From the NCBI GenBank assembly GCA_030324005.1, contig JARDVH010000124.1:17795323-17859322 (forward strand): a stretch of DNA of 64,000 nt, read 5' to 3'. Positions 50,621-63,367 of this stretch are shown here, in pieces. The stretch's first letter is position 1. Each line of letters begins with the position of its first letter. This DNA is from Negaprion brevirostris (taxonomy: Eukaryota). The position numbers and the translations under genes were made by a program. The notes beneath the pieces were generated by a model. The model did no database searches. It was not told where the DNA came from and saw nothing but the letters and a program-made list of their open reading frames with translations.

Positions 50621-53049
50621 TTGGAAAATGTATGAGTCACTCAAAAAGAGCTTGTATGATTGCATGTGCTACACAAACAAAATGTGGAAGAAAGAGATCG
50701 TTCAGACTCCAGCTGTAATGGCGGTTGCCTCTTTCACCACATCCCCAGCTCAAATACAATCTACATCCCGATTCCGGAGCCAGTGAGACTGCCTCGAAAT
50801 TGCATCGAGTCCGATTTTAACTCCCCGTTTACCTCAATGCGAGTTCTGCTTAGCGTCCATACTATTGTGAGGGCATCCCCAGCGCCTGTATTTGAGAATG
50901 AGCGGGGTGAACAGTGAATGTGTGCACCTCATTGAGTCAGCGTGTCGATGCTGCAGTGGTGAGTGTGAGGGTGGGGAAGGAAGTGCGTCCCGCGACAGTG
51001 GAGTTCTTCTGACACAACCAGCGAATCTGTAGCCGTGGGAGTTCATAAATAGGACGGTGATCGCGCTGACGAGCTTGAATTTGACCGTGGGGAATCCGTA
51101 ACAGAGAAAAGCGTTTTTAAAAATGGCGCGCGGAAACCCTGTTAAAATTGAAACTTTCGTTAAACAGTAAAGGAATGATTTATGTCGTCAACTAAAAATA
51201 TTTTTGTATTAACTGATACAGCACTGGCAGGGAATGTGCATCCAAGCTATCAATTGGGACCAGGGAATGAAACAAGAAATAATTATAGACTTTTATTAGA
51301 GACAAAACCCCGATGTTTTTGTTTTATTGCCTCTGTCATTTTTACTTTATAATTAACATGTTTCTTTCCCATTGTCAGTGTCTTGTCTGTCACACATAAC
51401 GAATTGCTGTTTAGAAGAGATTATTTCTGAATTTCGCCGCGAAAAAAAATGCCCTAATTCAGATTTGGGATAATCAGTATCACTTTGTGAGTAATTTGTA
51501 GTCGGGAGAACAATTTGCCTTAAAATGAATTTTAAAAAATAAAGCAAAAGTTACTCAGTTAGACAGTATATCACATGATCGGCGAATCAGATTGTTATTT
51601 CATCGCCTTCTCTAATCTTCACGCGCACTTTGTCTTCATATCGATTATTGTAAGGGCTCATTTTCAACCAGTAGCAAAAGGCAATGTGCCAAAAAATAAC
51701 ACACCAGGACGCTAAACAATTTGACATATTTTCACTTGAATTTCCAACTGGAACAGACAAGCGGCGGCGCAAGTGTCGGTCCCTCCCCGGCTTTGGGTGC
51801 AGCAACCTTGCCCCTTGTGCTCCTAACTTTCGTCAGGAGACAGCAGGGGGCTGACGTCTCTACGGGTCTAGAAACCCCATAAAGTCACCTTTGCATGTAG
51901 ATTCTCTTTTAGTAACGGAGACGGTGCGGCGATTCGCAATGCAAACAGCCAGCTGAGCCTGCATTCGCCCCACACTGGTCCACAGCGTCATTGCTGCGCT
52001 CGGGTTCAAATTCCTCCGTTGATGAGTTCATTCCTGAGCTCCAGCTTCTGGAAGGGAGTTTCGGGGCATTTATTTGCACGTACTAAAGCGCCCACACAAT
52101 CAAATGCGCCTCTTTTTCATCCTATTTAATTCCCATTCAACGGGCCGAAACGTCAGGAATATAAGTGTTTAAGAAACCAGGATGTGCAAAATAACACAAA
52201 AGAAACCTACCAATATAAGTTTTGCTAGGGACAGTTTTTCTTAAAAAAAAGTGCAAGTGGAAAAATTTTTGTCCCACAGATTAACCTAGTATTGTACACA
52301 TAGATGATACAGTGCATGTGTAGATCACTCAGCCTGACATATATCATTGTGTACACCGGCCATTTGTATGATACATGACGCCAGAGACTTTGTTCAGGAT
52401 TAATATATGATAATTCCATTTCCCGTTTCGTGTGATCGGTTAGAGGAATGTTCTTGCTGCCATGCGTGGTGTAGATTCGCGCGTATTTGTGACTTTCCAA
52501 GTTAACTAAGAACAAAATGAGAATGAGTAAGAACCGGATTGACTCCAGGGCATTTGGAAGGGCCGGGAGAGCGGTTCAGCGGACAGGCTCAGGGGAGACG
52601 TGTCCTTGCTGGCCAGGACCCCTACTGCAACTGAAAGAAATCCAGGTGAGATTTGCTGAAAACCGGATAATATTGAACATGTAGAACACTCCCAGTCAAC
52701 TGCCTCAGAGTGCCGACTCAGTCAGTTAACCACTCCCTAGTCGTATGGTCCCAAGAATCATTTTGGTCCCTAATGTACCTGTTTTCTATTGAGTTTTTTT
52801 TGGCAGAAATGATTAAATATATTTCGCCATTATCCAAATTAAAATATTTAGGAACCGATCAATCAAATGGAGAAATCACACAAACTGAGAGGCGGCTCTG
52901 GGAGGTTATCAGCTTCGCTGTCCCCCTCGCCAATGCTGCAAATTTATGAAGGGATTCGGGAGAATAAGGACGGACAATGACTCTATGCGGCATAAATAAT
53001 ATTTTCCCGAGTGACGACCCTGTAAAAGATGCGAACGAGAATTTTCCTT

Positions 53050-53270
53050 TCCTCTTCCCTGCTGCCATCAGACTTTAGAATGGACCTACTTTATATTAAG
53101 TTAGTTTTCCTCTGCACGCTAGCTGTGACTGGAAAACTATATTCTGCACTCTCTCCTTTCCTTCTCTCCTATGTATTCAATGAACGGTATACTTTGTCTG
53201 TATAGCGCGCAAGAAATAATACTCTTCACCGTGTCCCGATACATGTGAATTTAATAAACCAAATCAAAAT
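53050..53270 (+). mobile_element. Rex1/Babar-like LINE 3' end
   Basis: ttccctgctgccatcagact (FPAAIRL) followed by a 3' UTR; reverse complement of 54452-54662. Confidence 0.72.
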
Positions 53271-54124
53271 GTGTTTCTGATCAAGCGCCTGGACTTTAGA
53301 AACGCTGTTTAAAGCAGTAAATTCATTCACTTATCGTGATTTATTTAGAATAATAAAAGTTAAAGGAAGCGTTGAGGCAACTGCAAACCTTGCAGTGGAG
53401 ATTTCTTTAAAAGGAAGTCCGGATCTATTGATTGCGAACTAGACTATATTTAGCTGGGTGCCTTTTTGACCCTGAAGTTTATACTAGGAAGTGGATGAGC
53501 TTCGTCCACAAAGAGTGCTGTGATTGGATAGTGTTCCCCTGTCAGACCCCTCTATCAAGGTCTCTTATACATTGAGTCCCAATGGGTAATTCCGTGTCTG
53601 CCTTTTATACCAACAGCAATCAATAAAATGGTCACATCTCTCTTAGTCTGTCCAATGTTGTCACTCACTGCGTGTGCTCCAGTTTATTTCTTTAATGCAT
53701 CTGATTTCCTTTGCCCAATTGCCCCAGGTACCTCCCCAGGTAAGAAAGTGCACAGACCCGTCCTCACAGAAGCAGGCAGCGACGTCGCCTGACGGCAATA
53801 TTAACGCTGAGGGCGTCAGAGACAGGCAAAAATACGCACACAGCTTAGTGACGAGGAATTCATCAGTCAGTCGCAAAACCAACATAAAAAATTCTGACCA
53901 TTGACCGCAGGTTGTCAGGCTTTATTTACACTCTTAGAACACAGCTGCAATGGGCAATTCCATCTCTAATAGTAATCATGCTCAGCGGAAGAGCAAGTAT
54001 AATTCTTAAATATGTTAAACATAGTTCATCTGAATTGCATAGCAGCAAGCTGCAATAATTCGCGTCCTGCATAGGGAATTGCAACAAATACACTTATTTG
54101 TTCTTTCACTTTAAACATGTTGGG

Positions 54125-54215
54125 CGGGAACAGATGAGAAAATTATGAGCCATGATTGAATGGCGGAGCAGCCTCGATGGGCCGAGTGGCTTAATTCTGT
54201 TCCTCTGTCTTATGG
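54125..54215 (+). mobile_element. CR1 3' UTR fragment
   Basis: agccatgattgaatggcggagcagcctcgatgggccgagtggcttaattctgttcctctgtcttatgg. Confidence 0.75.
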
Positions 54216-54451
54216 TCCAATAATTGGAAACTGCAAAGACCGCAGGATGATGATACAGTTATAACATCTCAGATTGTTGGTTTATTAAACACTAGGTCAG
54301 TTTTATCGCCAGTGGAAGAGACTGTCTAAATGTTTTTTTATAAGTAAACATATTGAAACGATTTTTTTTGTCTATACTCTTCTTGACAAAATACAACCCA
54401 TTTCCACCAATCTTATCGTGGGAGTTTTCTCATATACTTTCAATGTATTCT

Positions 54452-54665
54452 TGATTTGATTTGATTTGATTTATTATTGTCACATGTATGTATACTGTGA
54501 AAAGTATTCTTTCTTGCGCGCCACATAGACAAAGTTCATGGAGAAGGAGAGGGTGCAGAATGTAGTGTTACAGTTATAGTTAGGGTGGAGAAAAAGATCA
54601 ACTTGATACGAGGTAAGTCCATTCAAAATTCTGATGGCAGCAGGGAAGAAGCTGTTCTTGAAAAA
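54452..54665 (-). mobile_element. Rex1/Babar-like LINE 3' end
   Basis: ORF contains FKNSFFPAAIRILNG, typical of the Rex1/Babar RT C-terminus; (AATCA)n tail. Confidence 0.75.
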
Positions 54666-56705
54666 AACTGTCAAACTGTTATTTTTATTGTTTGGGCGAG
54701 ACTTATTACGGCTATTTTCATAAAATGATCTCAGGTATGTTTCACTGTCTTTAGGTTACCATGTGTGTCATTAATTAATCTCATCGGAAAGATTCCTTAT
54801 TAAAAGTATAGGTAAAGTAAATAAGCTGCGATTGGTCAAAATCTAATATGTCGATATCGGTGTACTAATGAAGAATTGGATTTCATTCACATCTCCATGT
54901 ACTCATTAAAATTAAACGGCGGATCAGATCATTAATTTCCAACTTTTTTTGGAGTTTCTAGATTATATGCTTTATGCAAATCATTGCTTGAAAATGTCAA
55001 AGAAAGCCTACTGTACAGATTGAACCGGACAATCGGGATATAATGGAAAGGATAAAAGGTTAATGGTATTAAAATGCCTGGCATTCCGCTGGTTGCTGCT
55101 TGCGTTCCCTATTGCTGCGGCACACCGGCTTTTCCTCGCTTGCTCGCATCATCCACTTTGAAAAATCAGCTGTATTAATGCTGGTGACACGCCTCTTTGA
55201 TTCATGGACTGCGTTCTTTTAAAATTATTTTTGTTATTATCAAAATGGCATCCCGTCTTAAAGCGACCAAATAAAATCTAGTGGAGTAAGAGGGACGTGG
55301 TACAATAGTCACTACAATCGCTTAACATACAACCAGAAGCTCATTAATTGTTAACAGGGTTTTGCCTCACAAAGACGAATGTTGGTCAATAAACCGGTTT
55401 AAAATGTAAAGGGACAAACACCTGGAACATAGACAGAACTAATCGAACTTAACGATTCATGAAACCAACCCCTTACCATTTCAAGTGTGTTTTTAAGCTA
55501 CTTTTCTTTAATAAAAAAAAGACCCCTGACTTCAGTCCCAATCCAAATATGTGAATTGGGTAGGTCGATGACATTTGAACTTTATTGTCTGATGGATGTT
55601 ACTGCTATATTCGGATTGCTGCTGCCCTTTAAAAGTAGTTGATAATTGTTTTTTTAGATTGTGCGAGACAAACACGAAGCTGAATTGTTAACTCAGAAAC
55701 ACGCAGTGTCATCAACTGAAACGGCCAAGTTTCGACACGCACCGTTCCAACATTCGGTCATTGTCGAAAAGGGCAGAACTTTTTCTTCAGGGCGGGGGCA
55801 TCAGCCAGAGTTTTTGGTGCAGTCGAACTTACTGTGGATTGAGAGGCGGTCGGAAAAGGCAAGTGTGGAGACGAGAGGATGCCAAGAACAACCTCCGTCT
55901 CCAGACAAATACTAGCGCTTATCCAACTGAGGAATTAGCTGCTTGGGGTGCCTGATGATTGACCGTTCAGCCACTAGCTAGTTTATTCCCACATCTGAAC
56001 GTCAGGGCGGAATTATATTCACTAAGCTATATGTACATATGTCTTTATGTGCAAATGGCCTTTCGCAACAGAGGTTAATATTATGAAGCAACATGTTTGT
56101 GATATGGTGCACGAAAAACTCGGAAAGCATTTCACTTAGAATGCAGGTGAGGATGGGATCAGTTAGAATTTTATGATTCAGCTGATCCTGTGCCAAGCAT
56201 GGCCACGTTTGAAAAAGCATTAAGTAAGCATTATAATTGCACCGTCGTCGAGGAGTAAGACGCAAAACTGCGGAAATAACCCATTAATTATTATTTTACA
56301 AACCGCATGTTCAGAATTTCCATTTAAACAGCTTCAACACTTCATCATTCGAGAAGAATGTATTTTCCTATTATAAAGAGATTCAAAAATGTTGACTCTG
56401 AAACTTACCACCATTTCACTGGGTTATTGGCATCATCGCATTTAACTTGCAATTTAAATTTATGAAATTAGATTTCCAATACATAATGGAGTTTTCAGAT
56501 AACAGCGCTCTCTTGTTAGTTGAGAATAATGATGTCAGAGATTAGGATAAACACTCAGGTTTTCTTAGTTTATAGTTCGAACGTTGGCTCTAATTTATAC
56601 AAACCAGGGTGAAACAGAGGTGCCACTCCAAAAAGGATCACAATTTAAAAGGGAGGTGTTGTTCTCAATCTCTAATTTAGAGATCAGTTGGTCACAGAGG
56701 GTTCT

Positions 56706-57142
56706 TAGAAAGAAAGATTTGCAATTGGCAATTGGCTCTTTTCACATAACTATCCAACGAGCCAAAGCGGTTCACAACCAATCAGTATTCCAGCATCCGC
56801 AGTAATTTGTTTTTAGCACAACCAATCAATACTTTTAAAATGTAGTCACTCCTGACCTACAGAAAATAGAGTCACCGCTGTTGATTGCAGAGTAATTATT
56901 GGGCAAGGCACCAGAGTTACCTCCAATGCTCATCTTCAAAAACGTGCCATGGGATCTTCTATGTCCATCTGCCCTTGGATGAGCAACTTAACTAGAAAAC
57001 TGCACCTCCGAAGGCGCAGCACTCCCTTCATATTGCAGGTAAGCGTAAGCCTTGAATTTCAGGCTTAAGCCCCAGAATGGTCCTGGAACCTCGAGACTCA
57101 AGAGGTGAGAGTGATGGCCCAACAGCGCCACAGCAGACAGGT
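56706..57142 (-). mobile_element. Deu-domain SINE (SacSINE1-like), near full length
   Basis: Minus strand: tRNA-like head, GAAGGGAGTGCTGCGCCTTCGGAGGTGC..GATGGACATAGAAGATCCCATGGCAC..GAAGATGAGCA, and a tail ending TGCAAATCTTTCTTTC. Confidence 0.75.
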
Positions 57143-57194
57143 CCGGCTGGGTAAGAATTGGATACATTGACACTACGTTCATGTCAAACAGGAA

Positions 57195-57540
57195 TGTTTA
57201 GCCAGGGTAGATTCAGGAAGAATGTCCTCGATGGTGGGGACTCCCGAGCTAAGTCATAGTTTGGGGATAAAACATAGTTTTAGGATCGAGGTGAGGAGAA
57301 ACTTCTTCACCCAGGGAGTGGTGAATCTGTGGAATTCACCACCACTAGAAAATAGGTGAGGCCAAAATGTGTGATTTCATAAATAAATTAGATATAGCTC
57401 TTGGGCTAAAGGGATCTAGAGATATAAGGAGAAGGCAGGATCAGGGTATTGAATTTGATGATTAGCCACGATCAAAATGAATGGTGAAGCAGGCTTCAAG
57501 GGCTGAATGCCCTACTCCTGTTCCTATTTTCTGTGTTTAG
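57195..57540 (+). mobile_element. CR1 LINE 3' end
   Basis: gaggtgaggagaaacttcttcacccagggagtggtgaatctgtggaattcac (RRNFFTQ.VVNLWNS) plus the CR1 3' UTR; parallels 9640-9965. Confidence 0.85.
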
Positions 57541-59150
57541 CAAACATGTTTCGATTTTTCTCCCAAACATTGGATTGCCATACCAAATGATTTCATTACC
57601 ATACATATAACACATAACACTTTTGGGGTCTACTCCCTCCCCAACTCTTCAAAAATAAAGTTTGCCAAACATATTTTCATCTGGACAATGCATTTTTAAA
57701 GGCCATTGGCTGCTGATTAGAATCAGGTCCAGTGATCTAGAGAAACCTTACAGAAAGATTGCAAGATCATGTGGTGAACACATGTTTTATAGCCAAGCAG
57801 GTTTATGAAATAATTGTTTACAGCTAAGGAAAAATCTGTCACAGTGTCTGGCACGTAACAATTGATAGTATCTCTATAATCCATACCATTAAATAAATTA
57901 TCTTGTATACCTACAGTAGAATGGAAATTAACTCTCTGTGCTCAGTTTCTCCATGTGAAGGTCAGTTTGACCAAGGCTGTGTGAATAAGGCTTTTGTTTA
58001 AAAAAAGTCCTGCTAAACACTCTATAGGTTAGAGACACTTGGTTTGAATTGATCACAAGCAGCCTATCAGATAATCATGCATGGCATGTTAGGAAGCATT
58101 TGCTGTACCTATGGAGCGTTCAGTATATTATTAAATCACTCTTGTCTTCAGCTGTAGCTTCAGTTCTGCCTTTGGAGATTTTCTGATTGAAGCCAACAGC
58201 AGAAATTTAAAATGTAAACAAAAAGGTTAATTAAATGAAATGAACAACATTTGTAAATCATAAATATAATAAAACTGTGCAGTATGGCAGCAAATTTCTG
58301 CTGTACAGAACCAGTTGAATAGACTGGTTCTGTGCAGTTTTGACTGCACAGACTGGTAGTTTTGGGAATGATAAAAACAGCAAATCCAATGTGCGGAGGC
58401 TGCAATGCCTGTTAAAGCTACTGTCATCAAGAAGACACTTCAATTTCAGATTTACAATTAATTTACTGCACTTTCTCAGGAGCTGGGCTAAAATATTAAT
58501 ACAATACACACTCATTGTACAAACCCCTCAACCTCGAAAACACCTACATAAATTTCCTTTAACCATTGTTGGGACATAATCCAGAACATTCATTGCATTC
58601 TACTTTACATCTAGATGAATATGTACAACACTTAATTTTCCACATGACCATGGCCTGTTATCATAAGGTCATAACAACACAATGTTCATCAGTAATCTAG
58701 ACTAGGACAAGTAACAAACAGCTTTCCGCCCTGATCCAATGGGACCTTATTATGAATGACATTTTAAAAAATTAAATTTTGCTTCCATTTTGTGATTTAG
58801 TTGCTAAACATGGGAGGGGCTGGTTAATGCTACACGTACATAATCTTTCTACAAACCAACGCAAATGCATTAAAGTTTAATTGTTTTGCTGTGCTATTCT
58901 TCTCAAAGACTCTAATGGGAGCTGAGAAAAATTATTGTTACCTTTGTCACATTTCATTCTGTAGTGCATTATTGAGTTTCAAAGTCTGGAAGGACCCATG
59001 GTTCTGTCGTCCATTTCTATTTGTATGATAAAAAAGCAGTCAAAGACTTTTTTCAAATACAAACACATTTTAGTATTTTCCTTCCTGCCTGTACCACTTA
59101 AAATGGTTGGAATGAAGAGATGGTAATATTGGGGAAGGGAAGGGTTCAGC

Positions 59151-59446
59151 TTTAAAGTTTATTTCTTTGTGTCACAAGGCTTACATTAACACTGCAATGA
59201 AGTTACTGTGAAAATCTCCTAGTCAACACACTCCAGTGCCTGTTCGGGTACACAAAGGGAGAATTTAGCATGGTCAAATCACCTAACCAGCATGTCTTTT
59301 GGTCTGTGGGAGGAAAACGGAACACCCGGAGGAAACCCATGCAGCCACAGGGAGAACATACAGACTCCATACAGACAGTGACCCAAATCGGGAGTTGAAT
59401 CTGGGTCCCTGTGAGGCAGCAGACTTACCACTGTACCACCATGCCC
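59151..59446 (-). mobile_element. V-SINE tail-B
   Basis: Same structure as 11100-11417. Confidence 0.88.
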
Positions 59447-60744
59447 AAATAGTCAAGACAAGTATGTTGAAGGAATACCTAAAAGACGAGCTGATTATTA
59501 TTGATATCCATTCTAGCTCTTGAAAAAATGAAACAGGATTTTTTAAGAAAACTTATCCTCAAACACAGTTGTCAAATTTTGCCTTCTAGGATTCTCAAAC
59601 AAATGTGAGCATGAAAATCAGTTTATCAATTTAATGGTGCACCTTCATATTACAGCTACAATGGATACAGTAAAGTACTGCTTGTGAGCTATATTGGAGG
59701 CCTAAGCAAATCTTGGCATTCATGTTTAAGTTTCTCCTTTCTAATAATAGGACAATTTGGCAAAGAAATTTGTTGATAGCAGCAGTTTTAGAAAAACAAT
59801 TACAGTTATTAAGTCAGATTTCTCCTGGTACAAGAGCTTATTACAACATCAATTACTGATAACTATTGAAATGTACTCTTGCCCTGATAGAATTGCTAAT
59901 GGAATTTTTTTAATGCTGCTGTTAATAAATGTTTTTTTTCAAAGCAGTTGAAACATAATCTGAGTATCTGTTGTGGCGAACCAGCAATAAAGCATCACGG
60001 TCCACCTAATCTTCAACATTCATTTCTATCACATTAAAATGACACAATTTAACAAAGAATTTTGTTGATAACCGGAAGATCATTTAATTTCATAAGGAAA
60101 TTTGCACTTGCATAATAGGTTTGAAAAATTACAGGAATTTGTCACCAGATGTTACACACAGAAAGGGTTTCCATCTTGGATTTTTTCCNNNNNNNNNNNN
60201 NNNNNNNNNNNNNNNNNNNNNNNNNNNNNNNNNNNNNNNNNNNNNNNNNNNNNNNNNNNNNNNNNNNNNNNNNNNNNNNNNNNNNNNNAAAGGGTTTCCA
60301 TCTTGGATTTTTTCCAAATATATGTATTTGAAGTTTTTGCCCTGGCTGCAATTGTGCCAAAACTGATGTGCATTGTTATGAGTACAAAATCATTAGTTCC
60401 GTTTCAAATTTCTGTCTTTCTCAATGAATTATAATGATCAGACCAGACAACATGGAAGATTTTATGAACCTCCATTCCCAAAACAGAGTTTTACGTGTCA
60501 TAAACACATACGGGAATTCAGGTGCAGAGGTCACCAAGCCCATGGAATATTATGTCTAATGTAATGAATGTTTGGAAGATCCTATATGTTTGCTGATCCT
60601 TAAGTGCACATTTTATGATGTATGTTTTCAGCGAATGCTTGATTGAGTGAAGCGAGGTGCAGGGTGGCAAGGGAGATCCATGCAATGGGTGCAAAATCTC
60701 AATGGTTAAAAAAAATGTAATGTAAGAAAAATAGTAACTAGTCA

Positions 60745-61216
60745 GGAGTCTGATGGAATATCTCAGCTTGCCTGCAACTCCAACAACACTCAAGGAACTC
60801 AACACCATCCAGGACAAGCAACTTGCTTGATTAGCACCCCATCCATCACCTTAAACACTCATTCTCTCCATTATTGATGCACCGTGGTAGCAGTGTATAA
60901 CATATATAAGACATACAGCTGCAATTTCCAAAGGTTCCTTTGATAGCACCTTCCAAACCTACAATCTCTAAGGGCAGCAGAAGTGTGGGAACACCATCAC
61001 CTACAAGTTGCCCTCCAAACCACACATCTCTCTGACTTGGGACCATATTGCCATACCTACTATTAGGTCAACATTCTGGATCCCTGTTCCTAACAGCCAT
61101 ATGTGTGCAGCATTTCAAGAAGGCAGCTCATCGCCACTTTCTGAAGGGCAATTAGGGATGGGCAACAAATGGTGGCCTTGCTAGTAGGCTTACATCCCAT
61201 GGAAGAATTACAAAAA
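60745..61216 (+). mobile_element. LINE (CR1/L2 group) 3' end sharing its tail with SINE family C
   Basis: Decayed ORF2 end (PTTLKELNTIQDK), then GGGCAATTAGGGATGGGCAACAAATG..CATCCCATG. Confidence 0.75.
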
Positions 61217-62257
61217 CACAACTTTTCCACAACGTAGTATTTCTGTTGATTTGATTTCCATTGATAATAAGGAATACTCTGGAAATTCCCACATTTGAAA
61301 GGAGCTTGGCAAATAGCTAACAAGAAGTATATTGATAAGGATAAGATGAAGATGATTGAATGCTCTGAATATTCTGTACCCCAATACTGTTGAGAAATGA
61401 TGAATGTAACTTTTGTGATGTGTGAATTAGCAACGTTCATTTTAATGTTAAATTGATAACTTGCAGCTTTTCTTTGATCATTTTTGAGAATCAAGGAGAA
61501 ATTTAAATTCCCTTTTTTCTAATCTTTATCTGTGGATAATTACTTCCCTCTGGCAAATGTTGGGCTGATTGTGGACAAATGGTTTCAGAGCCACAGTCAA
61601 TCTGAACTACATCATGACGAAAGTTACTTATTGATGAAATCTATTACACTGATATTTTCCATACAAAAGCCCATCAGTTGCTCATGTAATTATGACTACC
61701 AAATTCTGAACCTGTATCAGGTTTATTTGCAGCATTTGAAACTTACACTGCTCAGATGTCTCTCACGTTGCTGCTGACCCATGAAGACTTTGCCGACCCA
61801 ATACTATCCTTCATTTTTTCCAGGATCTTCTGATCCAGGCTGACAAAGTAATGGGCAACCCGGCAGTTAGTTTGCTCCTAGGCAGGAGAACATGTTCCTG
61901 TTGCATCCGATGAGAAAGGTAAGATCATAATTTTTCACACAGTCAGAAACACATCCACTTTGTTACTGACTGCAAGGTCCAGGCCATTGAAGCTGCAGAT
62001 GGTATTAGTATGCACTTTTTAACTTTTCCCTTCCTCCCCTCACTACAACATCACCCTTGTTCCTTTCTCCTTTCAGATGCCCAAGGCCTGATAATGACAA
62101 AACACAGTGCCTCAATCTCACATTTACATCTAGTAGCTCAGACAGTGGTGCTGCCACNNNNNNNNNNNNNNNNNNNNNNNNNNNNNNNNNNNNNNNNNNN
62201 NNNNNNNNNNNNNNNNNNNNNNNNNNNNNNNNNNNNNNNNNNNNNNNNNNNNNNNNN

Positions 62258-62314
<57 letters not shown>

Positions 62315-62334
62315 CCCCCCCCCCCCCCCCCCCC
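62258..62334. repeat. Poly-C run abutting a gap (probable sequencing/assembly artefact)
   Basis: ~77 nt of C with one G, directly after an N-run. Confidence 0.8.
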
Positions 62335-62843
62335 GTGAGTGAGGCAAGTTCACACTTAGTTCCCTTGTAAGACCAAGATGATGACCTTGATGGGGCAGCA
62401 TACAGAGGCTTACTAGAATGCACAATATAATGCTCAGTGCATTGACACGCTTGCCAAAAAGCCTGCTATCACTGTCCAGGAGCATGTGGGAAGACACACC
62501 AGTGTGGCCCAGGGCTTTCCTTGGAGCTTGGAACTCATGTTTTCCCATGTGGAAGTGGTGGCTAACTCCATGAGAACACCTGTGGACCTAATCATGATGC
62601 AGCGCCTGTTGGCTGACATCTCATCTACCATTGGATTATCTGCAGAAGCCACCCAGCAGCTGAGTGCTGCATTGGAAGCTCAGCCTGAGACTGTGAGATC
62701 TCAGGCTCAAACCTCTGTTATCACATGAGGCTTTCAAGTTCTTAAAACAGTCAAGCAATGTGTACTCCAACAAGTGACTTGAATTTCTTTGGTGTCACAC
62801 TGGCGGAACAGCAGTGGAGCATGAATGTGCCGGCCTCCTTCGA

Positions 62844-62934
62844 TACCTGATGAAGGAACAGTGTCCCGAAAGCTTTTACTTTTACTACCAAATAAACCTG
62901 TTGGACTTTAACCTGGTGTTGTGAGATTTCTTAC
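62844..62934 (+). mobile_element. Penelope-like element terminus with a degenerate minimal hammerhead core
   Basis: CTGATGA (62847-62853), GGA..TCC stem, GAAA (62868-62871), GCTT, followed by the sequence seen as an inverted repeat at 8-79. Confidence 0.7.
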
Positions 62935-63367
62935 TTTCTCAAGATGACAGTATTCATGCTCCACTATTCACTGCCACTCCCCCAGTACCCTTTGTTGTTG
63001 TCTGTCAATCTGCTAAAGCCCATTTCTGTTGTCTATAGGGTGCAGTCTAAAACCAGGCCTTCCAGACCCAGAACTGCTCGATAATGCCCTACATATCCTT
63101 TGCAGTATCTTCCAGTGAAAGTCCCAGTCTTCCACCAGCCTCAGTGAAGCTACTAGAGTAGCACTGTGTAGGAGCATTAAGCCAGGCAAAGGCACCTGAA
63201 GGGCTAGTACTAAGGGAATGTATAAGGATGACTCGTTCAAGTTTCTATGAATTATTGGATGTTTTGTTGATGAAGCTGCAATAGAACAATTGTTTTGTGA
63301 TTGCTTTTATTTCAGCAATGTGGCCAAGAGAACACTGTGCTCACCTGTATCCAAGAGATGGTAAGAT

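Noticed and set aside
53722-53746. Resemblance of the minus strand (CTTACCTGGGGAGGTACC) to the U1 snRNA 5' end
   Set aside because: Under 20 nt with no further U1 similarity; it is just the complement of a splice-donor-like motif.
62010-62548. Poly-Pro / poly-Gly ORFs
   Set aside because: Derived from a poly-C run and an N gap; likely artefact.
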